Source of the DNA: a virus
Virus record (IMG/VR): IMGVR_UViG_3300031251_000011
Span: 11,765-75,764 of that record
Direction: 5' to 3' (one strand)
Length of the DNA: 64,000 bases
Shown here: positions 16,883-26,928 of the stretch, piece by piece
How positions within the stretch are numbered: the stretch's first letter is position 1
Layout: every line of letters starts with the position of its first letter
The notes under the pieces: model-generated
Seen by the model: the letters and a program-made list of their open reading frames with translations, nothing else
Told to the model about the DNA's origin: nothing
Databases searched by the model: none
Position numbers and translations under genes: made by a program

Positions 16883-18039
16883 TATTCCATGCTCCAGTTT
16901 CCGGATTTCAGCGAGAACGTGACGCCCTCAAGCCAGTTGACGTCGAGCGGGAAGCTCCCGGAGAAGCCCTCCACAGTGGCGCCGTTGGGGTCGATCGTGC
17001 AGGCGTTCTTCGCGAGCGCGCCGCCCACGTCCTTGATCGTGTAGTTGTCCCCGAGCGCGCCGCCGCTCTGGAACTGGAACGTGAAAGGGCCGCCCGTCGT
17101 GTCGACGTGGTAGACGCCCGGCGCGTAGAGGCCGGAGGAGTTCACGTAGACCGCCTGCGCCGAGAACACGACGGGTACGGGCGCCTGCGTGATGAGAAAG
17201 CCCGTTGAGCCGTCAGAGGTGATCTTGGCCGACTGATTAGGGCGGAGAATTTGTGTGCCGGCGGCGATGCCGTTCAGCGTGGTTCCCCCCGGCGCGGTTA
17301 TCGTGAGGATGGCTGTGGTGTCGACGTTCTGTTCCGTGATGCTCCAGCCGTTCTGCACCGTGCTCGCGTTGGGCAGGTGGTCTACCATCGCTGTTCCGGA
17401 GTTCGAGCGGGCCACGGTGCTTCCCGTGTTGACGGCCGTGGAGTTGAAGGTGTTCCCCGTGACGTAGGCGATGGCACTCAGCGTTGTCAGGGGGAGCCAC
17501 GCGGCTCCGGCCGTGTTGCCCGTCGCGTAACACCACCAGAAAGACAGACCCACGTAGTCCCAGCACAGCGTTGGCGCGGACGACCCCGTCGCTTGCTGGC
17601 CGGCGACGTGCCCGTTCGGGTTCCCGGCGTAGACCTGGTCGATCGACACCAGCGACCAGCCCGCGCCGCCCGTGTCGGGGTCCGTGACGTTGTCGTCGAC
17701 CTTGGACACCCACCAGCCCAGCCCGCTCGCGGCAACAAGCGCGGCTCCCATCGGGTAGCCCCCGATCTCCGCCGAGAACGACGCGTCATAGCCCACGGGT
17801 CCACCCACCCCCTGCCACCTGCTCCACTGCGTGACGAGACGCAGGATACCGTTCATGTCCTGCCCGAAGGGCGGGATGCCGCCGGAGGCCAGGGGGCGGA
17901 AGTTGTCGGGCGGGAAGCCACCCTGCATGGACGCGCGGCCCGGAACCGACGGCGCGGGGGGTATGGTGTCGACGTACTGCGGGTCCGCGTCCGACGCGAA
18001 CGGGACCGGGACCAGCGCGGGGAGGTCTATGTATTTCAT
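16882..18039 (-). CDS. Tail fibre protein
   Basis: N-terminus 'PVPFA..GRAS..GFPP..GGIPPFGQDMNGIL..YD..F...IGGYP.GA' typical of this baseplate-attached fibre family. True start is ATG at 18039. Confidence 0.82.
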   Translation of the reverse strand: MKYIDLPALVPVPFASDADPQYVDTIPPAPSVPGRASMQGGFPPDNFRPLASGGIPPFGQDMNGILRLVTQWSRWQGVGGPVGYDASFSAEIGGYPMGAALVAASGLGWWVSKVDDNVTDPDTGGAGWSLVSIDQVYAGNPNGHVAGQQATGSSAPTLCWDYVGLSFWWCYATGNTAGAAWLPLTTLSAIAYVTGNTFNSTAVNTGSTVARSNSGTAMVDHLPNASTVQNGWSITEQNVDTTAILTITAPGGTTLNGIAAGTQILRPNQSAKITSDGSTGFLITQAPVPVVFSAQAVYVNSSGLYAPGVYHVDTTGGPFTFQFQSGGALGDNYTIKDVGGALAKNACTIDPNGATVEGFSGSFPLDVNWLEGVTFSLKSGNWSME

Positions 18040-18041
18040 GG

Positions 18042-18689
18042 CTAAAGCACCTGGTAGCTGACGGCCACGCCGGTCGGACGCGGCAGGACGTTTGAGCTTG
18101 TTATCAGGGCGACCTCCACCGGGGTCGGCACGAAGCCGAAGGTGTACGTCATCGTCATGTCCTGGTTGTCTACGACGTAGCACGGCCCCCGCAGCGGGAA
18201 GAGGAGCTGCAGCACGGCGTTGATGCCAGGCGTCGAGCCGAACGTTATGTTCGCGAGCGCTTTGGCCAGGATGAGCACCCTGTAGGCGCCGTCGGAAAGC
18301 TCGAAGCTCTGCGTGGGGCCGCCGCCCGCGTAGAACGGCGACACGTTGAACGGGTCGTAGTCCGGGCCGCCCTCCTCGAAGCCGAGGAAGCGCGATGACA
18401 CCGACAGCGTGCGCTTGATGACGACGATGCGGCCCCACACGTCGAGCCCGTAGCCCTCCGCCGTGTCGATGTTCCACAGCTTGTCGTAGAACGCGTCGAC
18501 GTCCGTCTTCTGTTCCATCGCCGCGGCGAAGCTGGCGATGATACCGAGGATGCGGCCGCTGTTGGCGTACTGGCTTATCACCGTGGCCTGCCAGTCGTAG
18601 AACTGGCCGCCGATGGCGAAGTCGCCGATGCCGCCCTCCCCTATGCCGCCTGACTGTTTCGGATGGGGGAAGTAGGGGAGGTCGGTCAC
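18042..18689 (-). CDS. Baseplate wedge protein (DUF2612)
   Basis: 'TVISQYANS..WNIDTAEGYGLDVWGRIV..YRVLILAKALANI..LPRPTGV'. Confidence 0.88.
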   Translation of the reverse strand: MTDLPYFPHPKQSGGIGEGGIGDFAIGGQFYDWQATVISQYANSGRILGIIASFAAAMEQKTDVDAFYDKLWNIDTAEGYGLDVWGRIVVIKRTLSVSSRFLGFEEGGPDYDPFNVSPFYAGGGPTQSFELSDGAYRVLILAKALANITFGSTPGINAVLQLLFPLRGPCYVVDNQDMTMTYTFGFVPTPVEVALITSSNVLPRPTGVAVSYQVL

Positions 18690-18698
18690 GTCGGCGCC

Positions 18699-18938
18699 TT
18701 ACTTCTTGGGCGCTTCAGACGGTGTCTTCAGCTTGGCCACCTCGGCTTTGAGTTCGGCGTTCTCCTTGCGCTTGGCGACAAGCTCCTCGACAACCTTGTT
18801 CAAGGACTCCAAAAGGTGGCGCTGCGATCCTTGGAAGACGGTGAAGTCTTCGCCCAGCATCTTGATCGGGTCGGGAGCCTCCTGCGCGAATGCCGGGGAC
18901 GTGACGAGCAGCGCGATGGCGAATGCGATCTTTTTCAT
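18699..18938 (-). CDS. Small secreted coiled-coil protein
   Basis: Sec signal MKKIAFAIALLVTSPAFA|QE; C-terminal heptads. Confidence 0.65.
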   Translation of the reverse strand: MKKIAFAIALLVTSPAFAQEAPDPIKMLGEDFTVFQGSQRHLLESLNKVVEELVAKRKENAELKAEVAKLKTPSEAPKK

Positions 18939-18962
18939 AACTTGGTTCCTGCCTCTTGAGTT

Positions 18963-20330
18963 TTAAGGTATGCAGCCGCTCGGCTCCCCGTTGAGCAGAA
19001 CCATCCCGGTGATCGGTGGGATGGTTATGACCCCGGTGAAGCGCGTGCAGTCGCTGCGGTGGTACACGCTCGCCCCTAGGTCGTAGGTGCGCGAGAGCGT
19101 GGTAGAAGGGTTGACGAGCGCCAGCAAACTGGCGAACGTCCGGTAGTACACGTTTCCTGTCACCGCGTAAGCGCCGCTTGCCACGCCGTGCGTCAGGTAG
19201 AACTGCGGCCAGAACGCGGTCGGCGTGTTTTCGTTGTAGTACCCCGGCCCTCCGGCGGAACCACTGTCAAAATACATCGTCATGTAGGTGTGCGCGTTCT
19301 TCAGCAGCAGGTAGCTGGCGGCGGCGTACTCAACCACTTCAAAATTGGTGCTCACGCCCGCCTTGGTAAACGACCCGATGGGGCAGATGGAGTTCTCGTC
19401 AACGTAGGCGTTCGGCCCGGCCCCGCCGTTCAGGCCGGTGATGAATGCGATCTTGTTGATCCAGTAGGTGCCTGTCGCTCCTGATCCGTTGTTCGGAGTG
19501 CAGGCGGACGGCTGACTGTCTCCGGTGATCCCCTGTTCGTCGTACCATATGTCGTAAGCGTTCACGAGCCGCGCCGTGTCGGTTAGATTGGCCGCGTCGT
19601 AGCTGATGTTGGCCATCGTCGATTTGCCTTGGGTGTGCGCCCAAGCCGTGACGGCCTGCCCCCAAGCCACGCGGTTGTTTATGAACGTCGCGTCGTTCTG
19701 AACGGCTCCGCTGTAAAGCTGAGTCCACGTCCCGCCGTCTGCCGTGCAGTTGGTCGTGGGAGCTATCGAGCAGATGCCCACCTCATCCCAATCGTTCCGG
19801 TCGGTGACGTTGTCGATGCTGAACGATTGGTAGCCCGCGCTCAAGATGGGCGCGTAGACGTTCGTCTCCAACCATGACTGAACGGTCACGTTGCTTATGT
19901 CGAGAGGCACCCAAGTTGTGTCCCCGAACTGGTAAGCGGGCGTCACCTGATCCGAAGTGTAGATGATCCACGTCGGATGGTTGGTTCTGAACCAAGCCAA
20001 AGGGCACCCGCCGCTGGGTACCCCGCAGGCTTTTAGAATGGTGATGCCTGTGCCGTAAGGCGATGCGTATGTCGGTACACGGTTGACCGCCGTGTACCCG
20101 CTCGAAAAAACGCTCGACGGAAGTATGAGCACGTAACCCTGCGCCGAGTTGGGTCGGTTGTCCCAAATTATGTCGTAGGTGCTCAACTTGTTCTGATACT
20201 GCGAGAGCGTGTAATCATAGACGAACTCGCCTGCGCGTCCCACCCTCGTTGACACGTCGGCCGGGAGGGACTGCGCGAGGGAGACGCTCGTCCACAGAAG
20301 CGCAATGAGACCAAGTGTGAATTTTCCCAT
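18963..20330 (-). CDS. Secreted putative glycoside hydrolase (TIM-barrel-like)
   Basis: Signal peptide ..TSVSLA|Q; 'WFRTNHPTWIIY', 'PLDISN..VQSW', 'GYQSFSIDN', 'YYRTF...LALVNPS'; 8 Cys. Confidence 0.55.
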   Translation of the reverse strand: MGKFTLGLIALLWTSVSLAQSLPADVSTRVGRAGEFVYDYTLSQYQNKLSTYDIIWDNRPNSAQGYVLILPSSVFSSGYTAVNRVPTYASPYGTGITILKACGVPSGGCPLAWFRTNHPTWIIYTSDQVTPAYQFGDTTWVPLDISNVTVQSWLETNVYAPILSAGYQSFSIDNVTDRNDWDEVGICSIAPTTNCTADGGTWTQLYSGAVQNDATFINNRVAWGQAVTAWAHTQGKSTMANISYDAANLTDTARLVNAYDIWYDEQGITGDSQPSACTPNNGSGATGTYWINKIAFITGLNGGAGPNAYVDENSICPIGSFTKAGVSTNFEVVEYAAASYLLLKNAHTYMTMYFDSGSAGGPGYYNENTPTAFWPQFYLTHGVASGAYAVTGNVYYRTFASLLALVNPSTTLSRTYDLGASVYHRSDCTRFTGVITIPPITGMVLLNGEPSGCIP

Positions 20331-20333
20331 GGT

Positions 20334-23300
20334 CTAATTCCCAATCACGGTCCACTGAACGCCGTTGTAGACGGCGAGCGCATAGGCCGCGCCGCCGAGC
20401 GCTAGAGCCGAACCGATGGCAGGCGCGGTCGCCGTGTTGACCGAGATGATCGTGCCTGTCAGAGCGGCGGCAACTATGGTGGCGTTGGGAGTGTGCACGA
20501 TGCCCGTTGACACGTTCACCGCTCCGCTGCCCTTCGGCGTCAGGCTGATGCTGATGTTGCTGTCGCTGCCTGTGGCCAGCAGTTCAACCGGATTAGCGGT
20601 GACGTTGCCGTTGATCGCCCAGTAGTTGACCATTGCCCCGGCCGCACCATGCACGCCGAAGCGCGCGATGTACTGCTGGATATTGTTCGTCATTACATCG
20701 ACGCCGGTTGCACCGTTCCCTGACAGTTGCATGTTCAGGTTGGTAGAGCCCTGCGCGACAATCGACGGTGTGTTGTTGGACGCCACAAGAATGTAGTTGT
20801 TGCTGCTTCCACCCGGCCCGATCTGGAAGGCGGTCTGCAGGGCGTTGACGGTCGTGCCGGTGGAGCCTTGGTTAGAGGTTTTGAAGAAGATGCTGCCGCC
20901 GTAGCCCGTGCCTTTGCCCTGCCCAGCCGCGATGGTGATGCTCGCGCCCGCGATGTTGGACGTGCCGCCCGCGAGCACGTTCTGCATGCTGATCGTCTGC
21001 GCGACGGGAGCGGTGTCCACGTCCGCCGCACCGAGCCGCAGGTTGGCAGCAGCGGCCCGTCCCAGCAGAAGGTCGGTGCTGAACAGAAGTTGTGCCGCGC
21101 CTGTCGGCAGCGTCACGGTGCTGCTGAACGCCGCCGCCCCGGTGAAGAACGAGGCCGATGACACCGTCCAAGCCGAGGCGTTGGTCAATCCGTAGTCAAG
21201 TTTCGTCACACCGCCAATCTGGAACAGTTGCTTGCCTGCACCTTTCGTGTTGAAAGTCAACCCAACATCGGTGTCGCTTCCCGCTGCAGCCAGAGTCGGT
21301 GATGCAGTGGTCAAGGCGGCCGTCAACGTGAAGTAGTTTACGCTCGAATTGCCGCTGCTGAAAAAGCGGGCGATGGTGACGTTCGTGAGGTTTGACAGAA
21401 TATCGACGCCGCTAGTGCCGTTACCCGACAGTTGCAGGTTCACGTTTGTGGCACCCTGCGCGCTGACAGTCGGCGTGTCGTTGGCATCAAACCGCAGGTA
21501 GTACCCAAGCGTGCCCGGCGCTTCAAACTCCGCGACACGTTTGCCGCTCGCCGCTATGTTGACGACAGTAGCGGTACGAAAGTACATGCCGCTCGTCGGA
21601 TCAGCCAAGGAAGAATAAGGCGGATTGCTGACACTTCCGGCCAGCAAGAGAGTGGTATTGAACATAGGGGCTGCGGGAGACCCTGTGTTGTTACCGAACA
21701 CCGACGTTGCCCCGGCGCTCGTGACCGGAGCGACGCCGCAGTCCTGCACGCCTGTTGCTGTGTAACAGGCGACATTACCGGGAGTGCCGCCGAGAACGGT
21801 CGTGGCCACCGTGCTGGTCGCGGCGGGCATCGTGTAGGTGTACGCGCCGGGCATGGCGAACGTGGTGTTGTACGCGCCCGTCATCGTCAGGTTGCCGCCC
21901 AGCGTTATCAGCTTCCCGGCGACGCTGAGATTGACGGAAGCGTTGATCGTGCCGGCCACGTCCAGTTCAACGGCAGGTGCTTTCGTGAGAATGCCGATCT
22001 TGGCAGTCGAGATGGTCGAACCCGTTCCCGTCAGCCCGGTGCCGTAGATGGCGTTGCCGATGACAAGCTGGCCGTTTGCCGTGGCAGAAGCCAACGCATT
22101 GTCGAAGCCGATGGAGATGTTCTGGCTGCCGGTCGTGAGTTGATTGAGCCCCGCGCTGGATGAAGACGCACCTACAATGACGTTCTGTGCGCCTGTCGTT
22201 GCGCCGTAGCCCGCAGCATTTCCCACAAACACATTGGCTGCCGTACCAGTAGCGATACTGTAGCCCGCCTGCTTGCCAACTAGGGTATTACCTGTCGCCG
22301 TGTACGTGCCCCCGACGCCGTAGCCAGCATCGCGCCCCACCGCAACAGTATCAGTTGATGTCGTGGCGTTATAGAGCGCGTGATCTCCGACTGCGGAATT
22401 ACCGGCGCCAGTTACGTTATTGATCAAGACTTGATAGCCGACGCCGGTATTCCCGGAACCGCTAGTCTGGGCCTGCATAGCGGCAAGACCAATACCAACA
22501 TTTCCATCTCCAGAGACGAGAGCGTAAAGCGCGCGACGACCAATCGCTACGACATCGTTTGCCGCCACGAGTGCCGATGCTGCGTCACTGCCAACTGCGG
22601 TATTTCGATTGCCACCGGAGACGGCATAAAGCGCAGAATTACCAAAACCAGTATTCTCGTCGCCGGTGAGTCCAGCCAGCATCGAGTGAGCGCCAACTGC
22701 GGTATTGTAGGAGCCGCTGGTATGCTGTTCCATCGTCGAGTTGCCGACCCCGACGTTAAAGATGCTGGCACCAGTCAGCGCGCCCATGCTCTGGTAGCCA
22801 ATGGCAGTATTGGCGTCGCCGCCGTTCATAACTTGGAGTGCTAGCGGCCCGATGGCGATAGATGCGCTATCGTGCACTGCCGCATTAAAAGCGTTGTAAC
22901 CAATGGCGATGCTCTTACAGCCGTTAGTCAGGGACGAGGCGGCATTCTTTCCGATGCCGATAATCCACAGCCCGTAACTGCCAGAGCATTCCCCATGACC
23001 GCCGGTCGACGAGGACGTGAGAGAAGGCACTATGGGAGCGAGAGCAAAACCGCTGCTGAACGTCGGCACGTCAGCGACAGTTATGTTACCGTTCTGGTAC
23101 AGGTACGCGGCAAGGTTGAGCGTGCCGCTACCTTCGCTCCCGCCCGTCGGCGTGCCCAGCGTCAGGCTGGTGCCTGTGGCAGCGCCGAGGGACGGCGTCG
23201 TGAAGGATGGCGACGTCTGCATGGCGACCACGGTGCCCGTTCCCGTGATTGTGTACTCGCCCAAGACGGAACCGTTCACGCGGAGAACGCGCGTGTCGGT

Positions 23301-23861
23301 CCCCCCTGTCACCGTCGTGCTTCCGACCGTGATGCCTGCCGCGGTCGGGTTGACCCACGTCCCGTCGCCCCGCAGGAACGTCGAGGAGCTGGCGCCGCTG
23401 CCGGAGTTGAAGCGGTTGACGGAGACCGTGCCCGTGAGGTTGGCGGCGTCGGTCCCCGTGGCGAACGCGCCGAACAGGACGCCGTTGGTCTTCGTGACGG
23501 AGATGGCGCCGACGTTGGACAGCGTGGCGTCGCCGGAGAGGGCGCGCGCGGTGGCAATGCCCGAAGCGTTGCCGACGAAGAGCGCGCCCGGCGTGAGCGC
23601 GTTCGACATGCCGCCCAGGTTGGTGAGGGCCGCGGCAGCGGAAGTCGCGCCGGTGCCGCCGTAGACGATCGGGATGCCGCCCGTGTAATAGCCGACCTTG
23701 TTGGTCCACTGGCGCTGCCACTCCTGCGGCGTGGGAACGTAGCCCAGCGACCAGTTGGGACCGAAGAACGGACCGTTGACCGAGGGCGTCGGCTGCGCGG
23801 CCGCGCCGCCCGCCAGGAGCAGGAGCGCGGAGGTGAGGGAAAGGAGGAGCTTCTTAATCAT
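20334..23861 (-). CDS. Large fibre/adhesin-like protein with a signal peptide and beta-roll repeats
   Basis: MIKKLLLSLTSALLLLAGGAAA|Q; many ~14-residue N(T/V)A(V/I)G repeats (YadA-head-like); a duplicated ~85-aa unit near the C-terminus. Confidence 0.7.
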   Translation of the reverse strand: MIKKLLLSLTSALLLLAGGAAAQPTPSVNGPFFGPNWSLGYVPTPQEWQRQWTNKVGYYTGGIPIVYGGTGATSAAAALTNLGGMSNALTPGALFVGNASGIATARALSGDATLSNVGAISVTKTNGVLFGAFATGTDAANLTGTVSVNRFNSGSGASSSTFLRGDGTWVNPTAAGITVGSTTVTGGTDTRVLRVNGSVLGEYTITGTGTVVAMQTSPSFTTPSLGAATGTSLTLGTPTGGSEGSGTLNLAAYLYQNGNITVADVPTFSSGFALAPIVPSLTSSSTGGHGECSGSYGLWIIGIGKNAASSLTNGCKSIAIGYNAFNAAVHDSASIAIGPLALQVMNGGDANTAIGYQSMGALTGASIFNVGVGNSTMEQHTSGSYNTAVGAHSMLAGLTGDENTGFGNSALYAVSGGNRNTAVGSDAASALVAANDVVAIGRRALYALVSGDGNVGIGLAAMQAQTSGSGNTGVGYQVLINNVTGAGNSAVGDHALYNATTSTDTVAVGRDAGYGVGGTYTATGNTLVGKQAGYSIATGTAANVFVGNAAGYGATTGAQNVIVGASSSSAGLNQLTTGSQNISIGFDNALASATANGQLVIGNAIYGTGLTGTGSTISTAKIGILTKAPAVELDVAGTINASVNLSVAGKLITLGGNLTMTGAYNTTFAMPGAYTYTMPAATSTVATTVLGGTPGNVACYTATGVQDCGVAPVTSAGATSVFGNNTGSPAAPMFNTTLLLAGSVSNPPYSSLADPTSGMYFRTATVVNIAASGKRVAEFEAPGTLGYYLRFDANDTPTVSAQGATNVNLQLSGNGTSGVDILSNLTNVTIARFFSSGNSSVNYFTLTAALTTASPTLAAAGSDTDVGLTFNTKGAGKQLFQIGGVTKLDYGLTNASAWTVSSASFFTGAAAFSSTVTLPTGAAQLLFSTDLLLGRAAAANLRLGAADVDTAPVAQTISMQNVLAGGTSNIAGASITIAAGQGKGTGYGGSIFFKTSNQGSTGTTVNALQTAFQIGPGGSSNNYILVASNNTPSIVAQGSTNLNMQLSGNGATGVDVMTNNIQQYIARFGVHGAAGAMVNYWAINGNVTANPVELLATGSDSNISISLTPKGSGAVNVSTGIVHTPNATIVAAALTGTIISVNTATAPAIGSALALGGAAYALAVYNGVQWTVIGN

Positions 23862-25720
23862 ACCAGGTTCACCTCTATGCAGGCCGCCGTAACCGTCGGG
23901 GCCTGGTTTATACGAACGTTAGTCGCGGTCTGGTCCGGGACCACAGCCTGGAACGCCTCAAGCGCGACCTTCTGCGCGGCGCTTACCGAGTAGCGCCCCG
24001 CGGCCCCCGATGTGCCTGAGAGCTGCGCCGTGATCGTCGTGCCTTCGTTGATGTTGCCGTCAGCGTCGAACAGGAACTGCCCGACCGCGAGCGTCCCCGA
24101 CGTGACCGTAGCGACCACAGCTACGGCGCTCGTGGTTGTCAGGGCAGCGGCTGACGCCGTCGTCGCCACGCTGGTCGTGTAATCCCCTGTCCCTCCGGTC
24201 GTGCCGCTGTCCTGAGAGAGGATCGTCGTTCCCGAAGGGGCGCCGGTTCCGACGACTGTGTCGCCGACCGACACGTAGCCGGTCAGAGAGCTGATCGTAA
24301 GAGTTGTGCCGACCGCTGTTCCCGTGAACGACGCGCCAATGGCCAGCGTCCCGGTCGCGGTCGGGAGGTTCTCCGTGCCGAGCAGCAGCGAGACGATGTT
24401 CGCCCACGAGCCAAGCGCGGCGACAGGGGGATAGAAGCGGCTGGCATAGACCGGGTAGCCGATCCTGGCGCGCTGGCCTCCGTCCGCCCCGGCGAAGGCC
24501 GCTATGACGGCAGCCTGCACTTGAGCCTCGAAGTCCGCGGGGACCTCGGGGCTGTTGGCCAGGTTAACGCGGAACACGAACGGCAGAGACGACGGTCGCT
24601 CGAACTTCACCGTGTACGCGGCGCCGGGCGGCGGCACCTGCGTGTTGAGGTCGTAGACGGTGACGGTCGTGTTGCCGTCGTACCAAGCGCAGCCCGGCGA
24701 CTTCTTCGACCAGGCCGCGGTCGCCACAGCGTCATCGGTCCCGCCCACGGCCGCGACGTACAGGCAGTTCGGCCCGAGCACGACGCCGCCGAGGTTCATC
24801 TCCGAGGCCGCGACGGTCTGCGACACGCTAACGGTCCAGTCGTTCCCGCTTATGAAGCTGACGATCGTTGTGCCGTTGGCGACCGGGACGTTGGAGGCTG
24901 ACGAGCCGGTGAGCGTTTGCCCCGCCGCGATGAAGCCGCTGACAACGCTCGTGACCGTGAGCGTGGTTCCGCTTATCGAGCCCTGGACGACGCCCGTCGG
25001 CGTGTAGCCCACCTCATACGAGTTCGGGTTGTCGTTTACGTAAGCGTCGAGCACGCCGCTCACGTTCAGCACCGCGCCGTAGACCGACGGGATGAAACCG
25101 ACCGTGTTGAGCGCCACCGACAGCTCGCGCCGGGTCTCGAACGCGGACCTGCTCTCCACCGCGTTGCCGAGCACGCCGTCGGTCGGGTTGTTGATGCTGT
25201 CCCAGCCCGGTATGGACCTGTAGACCCGGTTCAGCGTGTCGGCGGGACAGCTGACCGGACCCGTGACCTGACAGGCGAAGTCCAGGGTGATCGAACCACC
25301 AACCGGTATCACTCCGCCCGACACGGCGTAGTAGAGGTTGCCGTCAGAAGCTATGGCGAGGGCGCCCGGCGGTATCGGCGTGTTGGCCAGACCGATGCAG
25401 AGGCACGACGCCACGGTGCTCTGCGCGGGAAGCCGGGTCATGAAATAGATGCGGCCGATCGCGTCCTGCAGGCGGCCCGTGGAGAACGCGGGGTCCACTC
25501 CGTTGGCCAGCGCGCAGAACGTGTCGTTCGCGTCGCCGACTATCGCCGACTCGCTGGCGACCAACTGCCCCTGCGGCGTGGGGTTGGTGACCGTGCCAAA
25601 GTTAAGCTCCACCCCAAACGCCTGGTTCCAGTCGAGCTTCAGGCCCGCCAGAACGTCCGGCTCGGTCGGAGGCACGAACCCCGTGGCGGTGAACGTCGGC
25701 TTCGGAACGTTGGTTGTCAT
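23858..25720 (-). CDS. Baseplate J-like protein with inserted beta modules
   Basis: 'TPQGQL..DPAFSTGRLQDAIGRIYF.TR..GWDSINN..G..VESR..FE.RR'. Confidence 0.9.
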   Translation of the reverse strand: MTTNVPKPTFTATGFVPPTEPDVLAGLKLDWNQAFGVELNFGTVTNPTPQGQLVASESAIVGDANDTFCALANGVDPAFSTGRLQDAIGRIYFMTRLPAQSTVASCLCIGLANTPIPPGALAIASDGNLYYAVSGGVIPVGGSITLDFACQVTGPVSCPADTLNRVYRSIPGWDSINNPTDGVLGNAVESRSAFETRRELSVALNTVGFIPSVYGAVLNVSGVLDAYVNDNPNSYEVGYTPTGVVQGSISGTTLTVTSVVSGFIAAGQTLTGSSASNVPVANGTTIVSFISGNDWTVSVSQTVAASEMNLGGVVLGPNCLYVAAVGGTDDAVATAAWSKKSPGCAWYDGNTTVTVYDLNTQVPPPGAAYTVKFERPSSLPFVFRVNLANSPEVPADFEAQVQAAVIAAFAGADGGQRARIGYPVYASRFYPPVAALGSWANIVSLLLGTENLPTATGTLAIGASFTGTAVGTTLTISSLTGYVSVGDTVVGTGAPSGTTILSQDSGTTGGTGDYTTSVATTASAAALTTTSAVAVVATVTSGTLAVGQFLFDADGNINEGTTITAQLSGTSGAAGRYSVSAAQKVALEAFQAVVPDQTATNVRINQAPTVTAACIEVNLV

Positions 25721-25723
25721 CGC

Positions 25724-26083
25724 CTAGAACCTCGCCTGCGCCTTGGCGCTGGTGATCTCGTCAGTTATCTGGACCTGCCCCGTGACCTCGCGGTTGGCGA
25801 CCGAGTCGATCACGCAGAGCGCGGATATTACCCCCGGCACCGTCAGGGCAGCCTGCTCGAACTTGGCTTTCATGAGCGCCAGCGGCGGGAGGTGGCCCAG
25901 TATCTCCTGCCAGTAAGGGATGCCCTGGTTCACGTCGTACTGCAGCTCGCCGCGGAACAGCCTGATGGCGCTCGCCGCGTCCTGCGCCTGGCTGTAGGGG
26001 TCGCTGGCGAGCGCCAGGTTGCCGGCCTGGTCCAGCACGAGGTCCCAGGTGTCGACGTCGAGGAGCAGCGTTTTCATCTTCAC
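25724..26083 (-). CDS. Baseplate wedge/sheath initiator (gp25-like)
   Basis: 'LLLD..WDL..D..GN.A...Y..AQD.ASA..LF.GE..YD...GIPY'. Confidence 0.78.
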   Translation of the reverse strand: MKMKTLLLDVDTWDLVLDQAGNLALASDPYSQAQDAASAIRLFRGELQYDVNQGIPYWQEILGHLPPLALMKAKFEQAALTVPGVISALCVIDSVANREVTGQVQITDEITSAKAQARF

Positions 26084-26928
26084 GTCCCCGGGGTCGGCGG
26101 GTTGGTCGGAACTTCCGTGTCGCCGTGGCTGTCGTTGCCCTGCGTGTGCGTGTGCGTGGTGAGCCCGACGCCGCCAGGGCCGTTGCCCTCCACGGTGCCG
26201 CCGAACACGGCGCCTCCGGAGACGTCTAGCGCGCCGTTTATCTTGAAGCTCGTCGTCGTGGCTTCGATCATCCCCGGCTTCAGGTTCATAATGTTGCCGT
26301 TACAGTCCTCCAGCTTCATACCTTCCGAGCTGGTCGTGATCTTGTTCCCGAACTTGTCGGTCGTGACCACGCCGCTCTCGCCGGTCTCGGTGCTGTTGCC
26401 CTGGTTGTCCAGGAGCACGTAGCCTTTCGCCTTGAACCTGACATACTGATCCGAGACACCGTTGAGAACCGGCCCCACGTACACGCCGTCGGCCGCGTCG
26501 TAGCGCCGGCTTGAGCCCGGCGTCGCCGCGTCGCGGTTGGCCTTGACCGACGAGATGTCGCGGTCGGCGCAGGCCATAGCCCCGATGTCGCCCGCCTTCG
26601 GGTCGCATATGACGGCGCTCCCGCCGCCCTGCTGCCTGGTGAACGGCACACCGTAGATGATGCCGTGCGGGGTGGCCTGGTTCGCGCCGTCCACCTGCGA
26701 CACAAGCGGCTGCACGTCCACGAAGCCGGTCGGCCCGACGACGCCCGTGTCGTCCGGAGACACAGGTGACATGTTCGAGTCGTAGACCGCGATGACTTTC
26801 ACGATCTTCGTCGTAGCTACCTGCGCGATCGCCTGAGCTATCTGGAACGCCCTGACGTTGAACTCCGACGAGGTGTCGAACGGACCCTGCTGGCCTACTC
26901 CCGCCGCTGGCGTGACTTCGTCTGTCAT
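26080..26928 (-). CDS. Baseplate central spike (Gp138-like)
   Basis: OB-fold N-terminus 'VDVQPLV..P..GDIG....DRDIS'; C-terminal THTHT metal-binding tip. Confidence 0.85.
   Translation of the reverse strand: MTDEVTPAAGVGQQGPFDTSSEFNVRAFQIAQAIAQVATTKIVKVIAVYDSNMSPVSPDDTGVVGPTGFVDVQPLVSQVDGANQATPHGIIYGVPFTRQQGGGSAVICDPKAGDIGAMACADRDISSVKANRDAATPGSSRRYDAADGVYVGPVLNGVSDQYVRFKAKGYVLLDNQGNSTETGESGVVTTDKFGNKITTSSEGMKLEDCNGNIMNLKPGMIEATTTSFKINGALDVSGGAVFGGTVEGNGPGGVGLTTHTHTQGNDSHGDTEVPTNPPTPGT

Noticed and set aside
14444-23861. Diversity-generating retroelement or invertible fibre cassette
   Set aside because: No reverse transcriptase, invertase or TR/VR pair seen.
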